Assembly (NCBI GenBank): GCA_041650335.1
Contig: JBAZLK010000001.1
Span: 100,940-164,939, forward strand
Length of the DNA stretch: 64,000 nt
Reading direction: 5' to 3'
Source: Patescibacteria group bacterium
Lineage (GTDB): Bacteria; Patescibacteriota; Patescibacteriia; JAHIZJ01
Part shown: positions 21,269 through 31,458 of the stretch, piece by piece
How the letters are laid out: each line of letters begins with the position of its first letter
Numbering within the stretch: the first letter of the stretch is position 1
Made by a program: the position numbers and the translations under genes
The notes under the pieces: generated by a model
Database searches by the model: none
What the model saw: only the letters and a program-made list of their open reading frames with translations
Told to the model about the DNA's origin: nothing

Positions 21269-22096
21269 ATGGCAATAAAACGCTACAAACCACATACCCC
21301 GGGCCGCCGCCATGCCAGCGTCATTCATGAACCCGGCCAACACAGCCAGCGTCCGACGCGGAGCCTGCTTGAAGTACTGAAGAAACATAGCGGTCGAAAT
21401 CAGCAAGGTATTATCACGGTGCGACACCGCGGCGGTGGTCATAAGCGTTTCTATCGAATGGTCGATTTTCGGCGGCAGCGATTTGATGCGCCAGCCACGG
21501 TCCGTTCCATCGAATACGATCCGAACCGCACGGCGCACATCGCCCTGATCGAATATCCCGATAAAACGAAAAGCTATATCATTGCCCCGCAAGGCCTGAA
21601 GGTGAACGACCAGGTGGTATCGTCAAAACAGAAAGTGGAAATTCAGGTAGGCAATCGCATGCCGCTCGAGCATATTCCCGTCGGCTTGATGGTTCACGAT
21701 ATTGAATTGATTCCCGGCAGTGGTTCGACGGTCGTACGTTCGGCCGGCGCCGGCGCGAATTTGATGAACTTGGAAGGAAATTTTGCCCAGCTGAAACTTC
21801 CCTCGGGCGAACTGCGGCTGTTCCCGAAAACCTGTCTCGCGACCATTGGCACGGTCAGTAACGCTGATCTGAAGAATATTCGGCTCGGCAAAGCCGGACG
21901 CATGCGCTGGCTCGGCATCCGGCCGACAGTTCGCGGCAAAGTCATGAATCCGGTCGACCATCCGCACGGCGGCGGCGAAGGAAAATCGCCAATTGGCTTG
22001 AAGCATCCGAAAACTCCGTGGGGCAAACCAGCCTTGGGCGTGAAAACGCGACGCCATAAACCCTCGGACCGGCTTATTCTTAAACGAAGGCGCTAA
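21269..22096 (+). CDS. rplB: Ribosomal protein L2
   Basis: Conserved L2 sequence. Confidence 0.95.
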   Translation: MAIKRYKPHTPGRRHASVIHEPGQHSQRPTRSLLEVLKKHSGRNQQGIITVRHRGGGHKRFYRMVDFRRQRFDAPATVRSIEYDPNRTAHIALIEYPDKTKSYIIAPQGLKVNDQVVSSKQKVEIQVGNRMPLEHIPVGLMVHDIELIPGSGSTVVRSAGAGANLMNLEGNFAQLKLPSGELRLFPKTCLATIGTVSNADLKNIRLGKAGRMRWLGIRPTVRGKVMNPVDHPHGGGEGKSPIGLKHPKTPWGKPALGVKTRRHKPSDRLILKRRR

Positions 22097-22099
22097 GCT

Positions 22100-22441
22100 A
22101 TGTCACGAAGTTTAAAAAAAGGACCCTATACCGATCCCAAACTGCTCAAGAAAATGTCGAAAGTGCGCGCGGGCGACAAAACGGTCATAAAAACATGGTC
22201 GCGCGACTCAGTGATCACCCCGGAAATGGTGGGATTTACCTTTGGTGTGCATAACGGTCGTGAGCATCTGCCGGTCTTCGTTGTTGAAAACATGGTTGGC
22301 CACAAACTTGGCGAGTTTGCGCCGACGCGCAAGTTTGTCCGGCATGGCGGTCGGATGCAACGGGAACAGGAAATAGCTGCCGCGGAAGCCGAACGTCAGC
22401 AAATTAATGCACCCCCGCCAGCTGAAAAAGGAGCTAAATAA
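22100..22441 (+). CDS. rpsS: Ribosomal protein S19 with a short C-terminal extension
   Basis: Conserved S19 core plus a roughly 20-aa tail. Confidence 0.9.
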   Translation: MSRSLKKGPYTDPKLLKKMSKVRAGDKTVIKTWSRDSVITPEMVGFTFGVHNGREHLPVFVVENMVGHKLGEFAPTRKFVRHGGRMQREQEIAAAEAERQQINAPPPAEKGAK

Positions 22442-22446
22442 CATCT

Positions 22447-22989
22447 ATGGAAGTCACCGCTCAGCTTAAACATCTCCAAACCTCGGCCAGAAAAGTTCGC
22501 CTGGCCACCCAATTTATCAAGGGACTTGATGTTTTGGTTGCGCGCCAGCAGCTGATGTTTTCGCCGCGGGCGAGCGCACGACCAGTGCTGAAGCTCTTAA
22601 ATTCGGCGATTGCAAACGCTGAGAAAAACTTCGAGCTCGATAAGGAAAATTTGTATATTAAAAGCGTGCTCATTAATGAAGGAACGACGCTGAAACGGTA
22701 TATGTCGCGCGCCTTTGGCCGGGCCGCCGTGATCCGGAAGCGGGCCAGCCACATTATTCTGGTTCTGGCGGAAAAGAAACCTTCTTCACCCAAGAAAAAA
22801 TCGACCAAACCAGCGGCCGGCAAGAAACAAACTCCCGAGCAGATTGTGAGCTATAAAGACTTGACTCGGACGCAAACTGACCGAAAGGATAATAAACCGA
22901 GCTTTGAGGAAATCAAGAAAGAGCGAAAACCCTTCATTAATATCAAAGAAATAAAAGATAAATTTATCCGTCGCAGCGGCGAAGGTTAA
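22447..22989 (+). CDS. rplV: Ribosomal protein L22 with a Lys-rich C-terminal extension of about 70 aa
   Basis: L22 core (about 110 aa) followed by a PKKKSTKPAAGKK... tail. Confidence 0.9.
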   Translation: MEVTAQLKHLQTSARKVRLATQFIKGLDVLVARQQLMFSPRASARPVLKLLNSAIANAEKNFELDKENLYIKSVLINEGTTLKRYMSRAFGRAAVIRKRASHIILVLAEKKPSSPKKKSTKPAAGKKQTPEQIVSYKDLTRTQTDRKDNKPSFEEIKKERKPFINIKEIKDKFIRRSGEG

Positions 22990-22999
22990 ACAATATTTT

Positions 23000-23671
23000 A
23001 TGGGACAAAAGGTAGATCCACGCAGTTTTAGACTCAAACAATCGCAGACCTGGCGGTCAAAATGGTTCGCCCGGAAAGGTTTTGGCGACTATCTGGCGCA
23101 CGATCATGCCATTCGCTCATTTTTGACGAAAAAAATGAAGGAAGCCGGTCTCTCGCGGGTTGAAATTGAACGCTCGGCGAATGCGATTACTGTTACCGTC
23201 TTTACCTCGCGACCTGGTGTTGTTATCGGTCGGGGCGGCGCTGGCGTTGAAGACTTAAAAAAGACACTGAAGCAAAAATACCTCAAACCGCGGCAGGAGC
23301 TCCGCTTGAATATCCAGGAAGTCACGAAGCCGTATTTAGATGCGGAAATTGTCGTCCGGATGATGGCCGAACAAATTGAGAAACGGATGCCGTTCCGGCG
23401 AGTTCTGAAACAAATGGTGACACAGGTTGAGCGGGCCGGCGCCAAGGGCGTGAAGCTTATTGTGGCCGGACGACTGAATGGCGCGGAGATCGCCCGGACG
23501 GAAAAACAGACTTCCGGTAAAGTGCCGCTTCATACCATCCGGGCGGATATTGACTATGCGCAAGGCGTGGCCATGACGGCCTACGGCACGATCGGCATCA
23601 AGGCCTGGATCTATAAAGGTGAGGTTTTCCAAACGAAAAAAGGAACAGTACCTGAAACAACAAACGCATGA
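23000..23671 (+). CDS. rpsC: Ribosomal protein S3
   Basis: Conserved S3 KH domain. Confidence 0.95.
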   Translation: MGQKVDPRSFRLKQSQTWRSKWFARKGFGDYLAHDHAIRSFLTKKMKEAGLSRVEIERSANAITVTVFTSRPGVVIGRGGAGVEDLKKTLKQKYLKPRQELRLNIQEVTKPYLDAEIVVRMMAEQIEKRMPFRRVLKQMVTQVERAGAKGVKLIVAGRLNGAEIARTEKQTSGKVPLHTIRADIDYAQGVAMTAYGTIGIKAWIYKGEVFQTKKGTVPETTNA

Positions 23672-24078
23672 CATTGCTCAATCCACGAAAAGTTAAACAT
23701 CGGAAATGGCAGCGCGGCCGTCAGCGCGGTTTAGCGGTGCGGAAAACCCGGGTCGCCTTCGGGAGTTATGGTTTAAAAGCGCTCACCGGCAGTCTGGTAA
23801 CGGCGCGACAGCTCGAAGCGGCGCGGCGCGCGATCATTCGTTTTGTCCAGCGCGGCGGAAAAACGTGGATTCGCATTTTTCCTGACAAACCGATGACGCT
23901 GAAAGGCTCTGAAGTCCGGATGGGCGGCGGGAAAGGGGCCGTCGATCACTACGTCGCGGTTGTCAAACCTGGCACGGTCATGATTGAAATTGATGGTGTT
24001 ACCGAAGCGGTGGCGCGCGAGGCCTTCCGTTTAGCTGGTCACAAGTTGCCGGTTCGAACATCTTTTATCGAAAAATAA
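23668..24078 (+). CDS. rplP: Ribosomal protein L16
   Basis: Conserved L16 sequence. Confidence 0.95.
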   Translation: MTLLNPRKVKHRKWQRGRQRGLAVRKTRVAFGSYGLKALTGSLVTARQLEAARRAIIRFVQRGGKTWIRIFPDKPMTLKGSEVRMGGGKGAVDHYVAVVKPGTVMIEIDGVTEAVAREAFRLAGHKLPVRTSFIEK

Positions 24079-24079
24079 T

Positions 24080-24292
24080 ATGAAAATAGCCGAACTAAAA
24101 ACTAAATCAACCGCCGAACTCCAGAGTTTTTTACGCGAGTGTCGGGCGAAGGAACGCGACCTTCACTTTAAAATTGCGGTGAAGCAAGCCAAGGACGTGC
24201 GCGAAATACGCGATTTAAAAAAAACCATTGCAAAAATAATGACCTTATTGAATACGCCAGAACATAAGCAAACTCATTTACCCAAGACGTAA
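24080..24292 (+). CDS. rpmC: Ribosomal protein L29
   Basis: Position and size in the S10 operon. Confidence 0.85.
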   Translation: MKIAELKTKSTAELQSFLRECRAKERDLHFKIAVKQAKDVREIRDLKKTIAKIMTLLNTPEHKQTHLPKT

Positions 24293-24293
24293 T

Positions 24294-24539
24294 ATGGATC
24301 AGACCAAGGTAAAAAAACGAATTCTCTCCGGCATCGTCGTCAGTGACAAGATGGACAAAACGATTGTCGTTCGGGTTGATCGAACCAAGGTGCATCCGCT
24401 CTATCACCGCCGCTATCACGTGAGCAAAACCTACCATGTCCACGATCCGGAAAAGTCGTTTCACGTTGGCGACCGCGTCGAGATCCAGGAAATCCGGCCG
24501 TTATCACGCACCATTCGCTGGCAGGTAATCAAGAAATAA
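24294..24539 (+). CDS. rpsQ: Ribosomal protein S17
   Basis: Conserved S17 sequence. Confidence 0.9.
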   Translation: MDQTKVKKRILSGIVVSDKMDKTIVVRVDRTKVHPLYHRRYHVSKTYHVHDPEKSFHVGDRVEIQEIRPLSRTIRWQVIKK

Positions 24540-24548
24540 ACAACCACC

Positions 24549-24920
24549 ATGATTCAAGTTGGCACATATCTAACCGTCGCAGACAACACCGGAGCCAAGC
24601 GTCTCAAGTGTATTCGGGTGTTGGGCGGCAATCGGAAGCGCTATTCACGCGTCGGCGAAATCGTTACCGCGGTCATTAAAGAAGCAATGCCGCACACCCA
24701 GGTAAAGAAAAGTGAAATCGTCCACGTGGTCATTGTTCGGCAGCGCAAGGAATTACGCCGCGCCGACGGCAGCTATATCAGGTTTGATGATAACGCCGGC
24801 GTTATTGTCGATCAGAAATCGAAGGAACCGAAAGGCTCACGCATTTTTGGCCCGGTAGCGCGCGAGCTGCGGGCGAAAGGTTTTATGAAAATTATTTCAC
24901 TTGCCCCGGAGGTACTCTAA
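24549..24920 (+). CDS. rplN: Ribosomal protein L14
   Basis: [17 protein letters not shown]. Confidence 0.95.
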   Translation: MIQVGTYLTVADNTGAKRLKCIRVLGGNRKRYSRVGEIVTAVIKEAMPHTQVKKSEIVHVVIVRQRKELRRADGSYIRFDDNAGVIVDQKSKEPKGSRIFGPVARELRAKGFMKIISLAPEVL

Positions 24921-25240
24921 TGGAAATAATGAAGATTAAAAAAAACGATATTGTCCTGATCTTGCAGGGGAAGGATCGCGGCAAAAAAGGCAAAGTGTTG
25001 CAAACCCTACCTGAGGATAAGAAAGTAGTGGTTGAGAACGGCAATGTCATGGTTCGCCATCTCCGGCCCCGGAAAATGCGTGAGAAAGGGCAAAAGATAC
25101 ATTTCAATGCTCCACTAGATATCTCAAGCGTGAGCCTGATTTGCCCGAAATGCGGTAAGCAGACCCGCGTGGGCTATAAAATACTGGAGAACAAAAAGAA
25201 AGTTCGTCTCTGCCGGAAATGTAAAGAAGTTATTGATTAA
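24920..25240 (+). CDS. rplX: Ribosomal protein L24 (KOW domain) with a C-terminal CxxC...CxxC extension
   Basis: KOW motif followed by the tail CPKCGK...CRKCK. Confidence 0.9.
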   Translation: MEIMKIKKNDIVLILQGKDRGKKGKVLQTLPEDKKVVVENGNVMVRHLRPRKMREKGQKIHFNAPLDISSVSLICPKCGKQTRVGYKILENKKKVRLCRKCKEVID

Positions 25241-25246
25241 AAAAAC

Positions 25247-25789
25247 ATGAATCGACTTGAGAAAAAATATCGGAAAGAAATAGTGCCTGAGATGAAGAAA
25301 ACCCTTGGCTTTGCCAATGATTTTGAGGTGCCGCGGATTTTGAAGGTGGTTGTCAACGTCGGTATTGGCAAACTGGCGCGCGAGGAAAAGAACCAAGAGA
25401 GCGTTAAAACCACCCTTCGTCGAATCACCGGTCAGGAGCCACTTCTCACGAAGGCAAAGAAATCTATTTCAAATTTCAAGGTCCGACGCGGCATGGTTGT
25501 CGGCGCCTGCGTGACGCTTCGTCGCGCGCGGATGTATGATTTTCTCGACAAGCTTGTTCACGCAACCTTGCCCCGGGTACGTGATTTCCGCGGGCTGGAC
25601 ACGAAAAATCTTGATGGTCATGGGAATTTAAATATCGGTTTTAAAGAACACACGGTCTTCCCGGAAGTGAAGTCGGATGAAATAGAAACAATCCATGGTC
25701 TTGAAGTCGCTATCGTCACGAATGCGAAAACTGACGAGGTGGCGCAGGCATTATTTGAACGACTCGGTTTTCCCTTTAAAAAAACATAA
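25247..25789 (+). CDS. rplE: Ribosomal protein L5
   Basis: Conserved L5 sequence. Confidence 0.95.
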   Translation: MNRLEKKYRKEIVPEMKKTLGFANDFEVPRILKVVVNVGIGKLAREEKNQESVKTTLRRITGQEPLLTKAKKSISNFKVRRGMVVGACVTLRRARMYDFLDKLVHATLPRVRDFRGLDTKNLDGHGNLNIGFKEHTVFPEVKSDEIETIHGLEVAIVTNAKTDEVAQALFERLGFPFKKT

Positions 25790-25791
25790 CT

Positions 25792-25977
25792 ATGGCAACA
25801 GCCGCATGGAAAGCAAAAGCAAAGAGGAAACAAAAATACTCGACTCGGGTAATCCGTCGATGCTGGCGCTGTGGCCGGGTTCATGGCTACATGCGGAAGT
25901 TTCGTCTTTGCCGGATTTGTTTCCGGGAAATGGCGAACAAAGGAGAAATCCCCGGGATAACAAAATCAAGCTGGTAA
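25792..25977 (+). CDS. rpsN: Ribosomal protein S14, type Z (zinc-binding)
   Basis: 61 aa with a C..C..C..C motif. Confidence 0.9.
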   Translation: MATAAWKAKAKRKQKYSTRVIRRCWRCGRVHGYMRKFRLCRICFREMANKGEIPGITKSSW

Positions 25978-26006
25978 GATAACTACTTAAACGGTACACG
26001 ATTGCT

Positions 26007-26396
26007 ATGACTCATGATCCCATCGCAGACATGCTCACGCAGATTCGTAACGCTTCGAAGGTGACGAAAGCGGAGGTTTTGATTCCTTTTTCCAAAGTGA
26101 AAGAAGCGATTGCGGGCATTCTCGCCAAAGAGGGATATATCGAACGGGCTGATAAAGTCGAAGGTCAACCAGCCAGACTACGTTTGGCGTTGAAATACTC
26201 CGGCCGGAAACCGGCGATAACCAGCTTGACGCGGATCAGCAAGCCGGGACGGCGCATTTATGTCTCAAAGGACCGCCTGCCGTGGGTCTTGAACAATTAC
26301 GGCATTGCGATCATCTCGACGTCCTACGGCATCATGTCGAATCGCGAAGCACGCAAAAAGCGGATCGGCGGAGAAATTATTTGTGAGGTATATTAA
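26007..26396 (+). CDS. rpsH: Ribosomal protein S8
   Basis: Conserved S8 sequence. Confidence 0.95.
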   Translation: MTHDPIADMLTQIRNASKVTKAEVLIPFSKVKEAIAGILAKEGYIERADKVEGQPARLRLALKYSGRKPAITSLTRISKPGRRIYVSKDRLPWVLNNYGIAIISTSYGIMSNREARKKRIGGEIICEVY

Positions 26397-26400
26397 GTCT

Positions 26401-26958
26401 ATGTCAAAGATTGGTAAAATCCCAGTGCCATTGTCACCCGGCGTCCAACTGACGGTCGGTCACGATAATGTGGTTACAGTCAAAGGCCCGAAAGGGGAGT
26501 TGAAGCAGCTTTTAGATAACCATGTCCAGGTTCGCCAGGAGGACCAGATGATCAAGGTAGGCGTCAAAAACCCAGATGACCGGAACCAACGGGCGTTATG
26601 GGGATTGAGCCGATCGCTTATCAACAATATGGTAATTGGCGTATCAAAAGGCTTTGAAAGGAAACTCGAGATCAATGGTGTCGGGTATCGAGCCGCACTC
26701 CAAGGCCGAACGATTCAGTTGAATCTGGGGTTTTCGCACCCGGTGAACTTCCCCGTGCCAGAGGGCATTGAAGCGAAAATTGAAAAGAACGTCATCACCC
26801 TCACCGGCATCGACAAACACCTGATCGGCGAAGTAGCCGCGCAAATCCGCCGGCTCAAACCGCCGGAACCGTACAAGGGAAAAGGTATTAAATATCTTGA
26901 GGAAGTTATTCGACGCAAGGCCGGAAAAGCGGTCAAGGCGGCCGAAGGAAAGAAATAA
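26401..26958 (+). CDS. rplF: Ribosomal protein L6
   Basis: MSKIGKIPVPL start at 26401 (track ORF begins at 26305). Confidence 0.9.
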   Translation: MSKIGKIPVPLSPGVQLTVGHDNVVTVKGPKGELKQLLDNHVQVRQEDQMIKVGVKNPDDRNQRALWGLSRSLINNMVIGVSKGFERKLEINGVGYRAALQGRTIQLNLGFSHPVNFPVPEGIEAKIEKNVITLTGIDKHLIGEVAAQIRRLKPPEPYKGKGIKYLEEVIRRKAGKAVKAAEGKK

Positions 26959-26970
26959 CAGCGTTTTATT

Positions 26971-27327
26971 ATGGCAAACCTTCAAAAAAAGAAACAGGCG
27001 GGCCGCATTCAACGCCGCCGCCGCGCCCGGTCAAAGATTGTCGGCACCGCCAGCCGTCCGCGCCTGGTTGTGTTCCGAAGCCTGAAGCATGTTTCCGTCC
27101 AAGCGATTGACGATAACCGCGGTCAAACGCTCGTGGCAGTTACTGATCGGGAAGTCGGGAAGAAGCTGTCCGGCGTTGAGGCAGCCAAAGCGGTTGGCGA
27201 ACAGGCAGCGAAAAAGCTGCAGGCCAAAAAGATTACCACGGTGGTTTTTGATCGGAATGGCTACAGATATCACGGTCAGGTGAAAGCCTTGGCCGAAGCG
27301 GCGCGAGCCGGAGGCTTACAATTTTAA
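26971..27327 (+). CDS. rplR: Ribosomal protein L18
   Basis: Conserved L18 sequence. Confidence 0.9.
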   Translation: MANLQKKKQAGRIQRRRRARSKIVGTASRPRLVVFRSLKHVSVQAIDDNRGQTLVAVTDREVGKKLSGVEAAKAVGEQAAKKLQAKKITTVVFDRNGYRYHGQVKALAEAARAGGLQF

Positions 27328-27335
27328 AGGTGAAC

Positions 27336-27869
27336 ATGGAACCAGATAAACGACCAAGACGAAGAAATCAGCGACGTGAGGAAAAAAAGGATTCTGAATT
27401 CGATCAGCGCGTGATTGAAGTGAAACGCGTCACTCGAGTAATGGCCGGTGGCAAGCGGATGCGTTTTCGGGCCTGCGTTGTGGTTGGCGATGGCAAGGGC
27501 CGGGTCGGCGTCGGCTTGGCCAAAGGGGCAGACGTGACCATCGCGGTAAACAAAGCCGCGCTGAAAGGGCAAAAAGCGTTGATCCGAGTAAACATGGTGA
27601 AAGAAACGATCCCGCACCGCGTCTGGTGCAAATATAAGGCCGCTGAAGTGATTCTCAAGCCCGGCCCAGCCGGTACGGGGGTGGTGGCGGGCGGACCGAC
27701 GCGTTCAGTGGTCGAACTCGCCGGCATTAAGAATATTATTATCAAGATGCTCGGCTCGCGCAATAAGCTCAATAACGTGAAGGCGACGATTGAAGCCTTG
27801 CGCCAGCTCAAAGACATTAAAAAGGATATCCATGGAACTCAGTCTGAATCAACTCCAGACAAAAAATAG
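27336..27869 (+). CDS. rpsE: Ribosomal protein S5
   Basis: The ATG at 27336 is preceded by AAAGGTGA (GTG alternative at 27330). Confidence 0.9.
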   Translation: MEPDKRPRRRNQRREEKKDSEFDQRVIEVKRVTRVMAGGKRMRFRACVVVGDGKGRVGVGLAKGADVTIAVNKAALKGQKALIRVNMVKETIPHRVWCKYKAAEVILKPGPAGTGVVAGGPTRSVVELAGIKNIIIKMLGSRNKLNNVKATIEALRQLKDIKKDIHGTQSESTPDKK

Positions 27870-28284
27870 AAAACACCGCCGACGCGTTGGTCGAGGCAGC
27901 GGCTCGGGCCGCGGCACCTACAGCGGCCGGGGGATGAAGGGCCAGAAGTCCCGTTCGGGCGCGAATATCCGGCCGGGTTTTGAAGGTGGTCGGATGCCGC
28001 TCATCCGTCAGGTTCCCAAACGCCGGGGCTTCACGAGCCGATATGAGAAGGCGACAGTCGTTAATATTGGCGATTTGGAAAAAACCTATGCCAATAACGA
28101 GCTGGTCACGCCGGCAAAATTAGCGGAGAAGGGTTTTCTGAAAACAGCCAACCAGTACGTGAAGATATTAGGGAATGGGGAATTGCGGAAGACACTGACC
28201 GTTGAAGCCGATGCATTCTCAAAATCGGCAAAAGATGCTATAACAAAAGCAGGCGGCGCTATCCGCATCCGTCGATCTCTATGA
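27832..28284 (+). CDS. rplO: Ribosomal protein L15 (no L30 gene precedes it)
   Basis: MELSLNQL..RRVGRGSGSGRG..KGQKSRSG; overlaps the end of rpsE by 38 nt. Confidence 0.85.
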   Translation: MELSLNQLQTKNRKHRRRVGRGSGSGRGTYSGRGMKGQKSRSGANIRPGFEGGRMPLIRQVPKRRGFTSRYEKATVVNIGDLEKTYANNELVTPAKLAEKGFLKTANQYVKILGNGELRKTLTVEADAFSKSAKDAITKAGGAIRIRRSL

Positions 28285-29594
28285 ACATTTGGCAGAAAAT
28301 CGTACAAATTTGGCAAATCCGCGATCTTCGGAAGAAGATTTTGTTTGTTTTTGGGATTCTGATTGTTTTCCGGCTCGCGGCCCATATTCCCGTTCCCGGG
28401 GTTGACGTCTCGAACCTAAAGAATTTCTTTAATTCCAACCAGGTCCTTGGTTTGTTGAATGTCTTTTCCGGCGGTGCGTTGGAAAACTTTTCCGTTGTCA
28501 TGCTTGGCCTTTCGCCATACATCACCGCCACGATCATCTTTCAATTGTTGGCTATGATCATCCCGAAATTGGCGGAATTACAAAAAGAGGGGGAGCGCGG
28601 TCAGCAAAAAATAAATCAATATTCGCGGATTTTAACTGTTCCACTGGCGATCCTGCAGGCCTATGGCACGATCACGGTTTTACGGCGCAGCGGCCAAGGC
28701 GCAACCGGCGGGCTATCCAGCGTGCCGGGGGGGATTATTGGAGATTTATCACCCTTCCAGCTCGCCACGGCCATTGTGGCAATCGTCGCCGGCAGCATGT
28801 TCCTGATGTGGCTCGGTGAGCTCATATCCGAGAAACAAATCGGCAATGGCATCTCCTTACTGATCTTTGCTGGTATCGTGGCAGGAGTGCCGTCGGCCGT
28901 TCAAAAAACACTGGCTGTTTTTGATCCGACCAAACTCGCCGGTTTATTGGCCTTTGTGGTCGTGGGCGTGATCACGATCGCCGGCGTTGTTTTCATTACT
29001 GAAGGGCAACGAAACATACCCGTTGCCTATGCCCGGCAAATCCGGGGACGGCGCATGTACGGCGGCACAAGCACGCATCTGCCGATGCGCGTCAATCAAG
29101 CGGGTGTAATCCCAATCATTTTTGCAATTTCGTTGTTGCTGTTGCCGTCAGTGGTTGCCCAATTCTTCGCCCAGTCAAAATCTGCCGCGCTCGCAAATTT
29201 TGCCCATGGCGTGGTCAACCTCTTTAATAACCAGATATTCTATGGCGGGTTTTATTTTCTGTTGGTCGTCGTCTTCACGTATTTTTACACCGCCGTCATA
29301 TTCCATCCTGATCAAATTTCCGAAAACCTCCAGAAGCAGGGCGGCTTTATCCCTGGCATTCGTCCGGGCATGCAAACAGCGGTATATTTAAACAAGGTGA
29401 GCAATCGTATTTTGCTGACCGGCGCACTCTTTCTGGGCGTGATCGCGATCTTGCCTTTTGTGATGCAGGCTGCTACCGGTTTGAGCACCTTAGTCGTTGG
29501 CGGCACCAGCCTTCTGATCGTCGTGAGTGTGGTCATCGAAACCGTCAAGCAGATCAACGCCCAATTGCAGATGCGCGACTACGAAGGCTTCTAA
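28281..29594 (+). CDS. secY: Preprotein translocase SecY
   Basis: Ten-TM SecY signature. Confidence 0.95.
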   Translation: MNIWQKIVQIWQIRDLRKKILFVFGILIVFRLAAHIPVPGVDVSNLKNFFNSNQVLGLLNVFSGGALENFSVVMLGLSPYITATIIFQLLAMIIPKLAELQKEGERGQQKINQYSRILTVPLAILQAYGTITVLRRSGQGATGGLSSVPGGIIGDLSPFQLATAIVAIVAGSMFLMWLGELISEKQIGNGISLLIFAGIVAGVPSAVQKTLAVFDPTKLAGLLAFVVVGVITIAGVVFITEGQRNIPVAYARQIRGRRMYGGTSTHLPMRVNQAGVIPIIFAISLLLLPSVVAQFFAQSKSAALANFAHGVVNLFNNQIFYGGFYFLLVVVFTYFYTAVIFHPDQISENLQKQGGFIPGIRPGMQTAVYLNKVSNRILLTGALFLGVIAILPFVMQAATGLSTLVVGGTSLLIVVSVVIETVKQINAQLQMRDYEGF

Positions 29595-29607
29595 GACCGG
29601 AGCCTTT

Positions 29608-30300
29608 ATGGAAACAATAATTCCAAAAATCGTAATTCTGCTCGGCCCGCCCGGGTCGGGCAAGGGAACACAGGCCAAGCTCTTGCAAGAGCGGTACGGT
29701 TACCATTACCTTTCGACCGGTGATCTGATCCGCGAGGCGATCAAAAAAGCGGCCACCGGCGACCCGCTGGCGATGGAAATAAAAAGCCGCTACGACCAAG
29801 GTGAGCCCCAGCCAGACAATTTAATTTTGAAAATGGTTCGTGAACGGCTTAACACGATTGATCTTCGCCAAGGGATTATCTTTGACGCCTTCCCATTATC
29901 TGACCGCCAAGCCTGGGGCTTGGATGAAATCATTGAGGAGTCGGGAAAGCCCGAGGTGGTGGCGCTGAGTGTTGAAGTCGGCGAAGATGAAACGGTGAAG
30001 CGTCTGAGTCTGCGTAAATATTGCCCCCAGGATAACTCGGTCTACTATCCGAAATCACCGACCTACGACCAGGATCTCTGCGCTGTTTGTGGCGGGAAGC
30101 TGATTCGGCGAGCGGATGACGCGCCGGGGGTGGTGCGGGAACGGTATCAAGCGTACCAATCGCGCATTCGGTCGCTCGTCCATTTTTATGAGAAACGACA
30201 TCAATTAATACGGGTGGATGGAGAACAGACGGTTGAAGCCGTGGCCGAGGAAATGTTCAAAAAGCTCGGCGCTTATCGACCGACTCCGACGAACGCATGA
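29608..30300 (+). CDS. adk: Adenylate kinase (canonical, Cys-containing LID)
   Basis: GPPGSGKGTQ and LSTGDLIR motifs plus a CPQD..CAVCGGK LID. The usual GFPR motif is replaced by DAFPL. Confidence 0.9.
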   Translation: METIIPKIVILLGPPGSGKGTQAKLLQERYGYHYLSTGDLIREAIKKAATGDPLAMEIKSRYDQGEPQPDNLILKMVRERLNTIDLRQGIIFDAFPLSDRQAWGLDEIIEESGKPEVVALSVEVGEDETVKRLSLRKYCPQDNSVYYPKSPTYDQDLCAVCGGKLIRRADDAPGVVRERYQAYQSRIRSLVHFYEKRHQLIRVDGEQTVEAVAEEMFKKLGAYRPTPTNA

Positions 30301-31055
30301 TTTCAATAAAAAACCAGCGCGAAATAGAATGCTTACGACAGGGCGGGAAAATCCTCGCCCGCGTTTTGAATACCGTCATGGCGGCGGTCCGGCCCGGCGT
30401 TTCAACACAGGAATTGAACGATCTGGCCGAGAAACTCATTCTTGAAGCCGGCGCCGAGCCATCCTTTAAAAACTACCAGGGCTTTCCGGCCGTACTGTGC
30501 ACCTCGGTCAATGATCAGGTCGTCCACGCCATTCCTCGGCCAGACGTCATTATCCGCGACGGCGACATTATCGGGCTCGACCTCGGCCTTTGGTACAAGG
30601 ATTTATGCACGGACATGGCCCGGACGGTCGGCGTTGGTCGCATCCCGAAAGAAAGTCGCCGTCTGATTCGGGTGACCGAGCGGGCGCTCGATAAAGCCAT
30701 TGCCCAAGTCTCGCCTGGTAATCGGATAGGCGATATATCCGCCGCGGTTCAACACTGGGTCGAGTCGCAGGGTTTCTCGGTGGTCCGTTCGCTCTTCGGC
30801 CATGGTGTCGGCTATGCGGTACACGAGGAACCGAGAATTCCGAATTACGGACGGCCGCACACCGGCCCGGTTCTTGAAATCGGCATGGTATTGGCGATTG
30901 AGCCGATGGTCACCGCCGGCCATCATGAAGTGCATACAGCCCCAGACGGCTGGTCAATCTCGACCCGGGATCGCTCATTGGCAGCCCATACGGAAGATAC
31001 CGTCGTGGTGACCGATGACGGTTGCGAAATATTAACGAAAAATTCGGATGGGTAA
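30297..31055 (+). CDS. map: Methionine aminopeptidase type I
   Basis: Conserved MetAP metal-binding residues. Confidence 0.9.
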   Translation: MISIKNQREIECLRQGGKILARVLNTVMAAVRPGVSTQELNDLAEKLILEAGAEPSFKNYQGFPAVLCTSVNDQVVHAIPRPDVIIRDGDIIGLDLGLWYKDLCTDMARTVGVGRIPKESRRLIRVTERALDKAIAQVSPGNRIGDISAAVQHWVESQGFSVVRSLFGHGVGYAVHEEPRIPNYGRPHTGPVLEIGMVLAIEPMVTAGHHEVHTAPDGWSISTRDRSLAAHTEDTVVVTDDGCEILTKNSDG

Positions 31056-31458
31056 GATATTAGCAATCGACTTTGGTCAGCGTCGGATCGGTCTGGCGTT
31101 ATCGGACGACCAGCAAATTTTTGCCTTACCGCGGCCGACGCTAGAAGTGAACCGTTGGCAGGACGCCCTGGTCATGATCCGGCAATTGTGTGATGAAGAA
31201 AAAGTTGAACGGATAATCGTCGGCCAGCCGGTCTCGCTCGCGGGCGTACAGACCAAACGAAACGATCTCGATGCGTTTGTGGCTGCCTTGCGTGACGCCT
31301 CCGGACGACCGATCGAAACCGTGGATGAACGCCTGACTAGCCGACAGGCGGAACGCGAGCTCGCCGGTCTGCCGAAGCGCCGAGCCAAAGGCGACATTGA
31401 CCGCTTATCAGCCGTCATCATCCTAGAAAATTATCTCGAATGCAACCGTGGCCGTTAG
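31048..31458 (+). CDS. ruvX: Putative pre-16S rRNA nuclease / Holliday-junction resolvase-like YqgF
   Basis: ILAIDFGQRRIGLALSD RNase H-fold N-terminus. Confidence 0.8.
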   Translation: MGKILAIDFGQRRIGLALSDDQQIFALPRPTLEVNRWQDALVMIRQLCDEEKVERIIVGQPVSLAGVQTKRNDLDAFVAALRDASGRPIETVDERLTSRQAERELAGLPKRRAKGDIDRLSAVIILENYLECNRGR

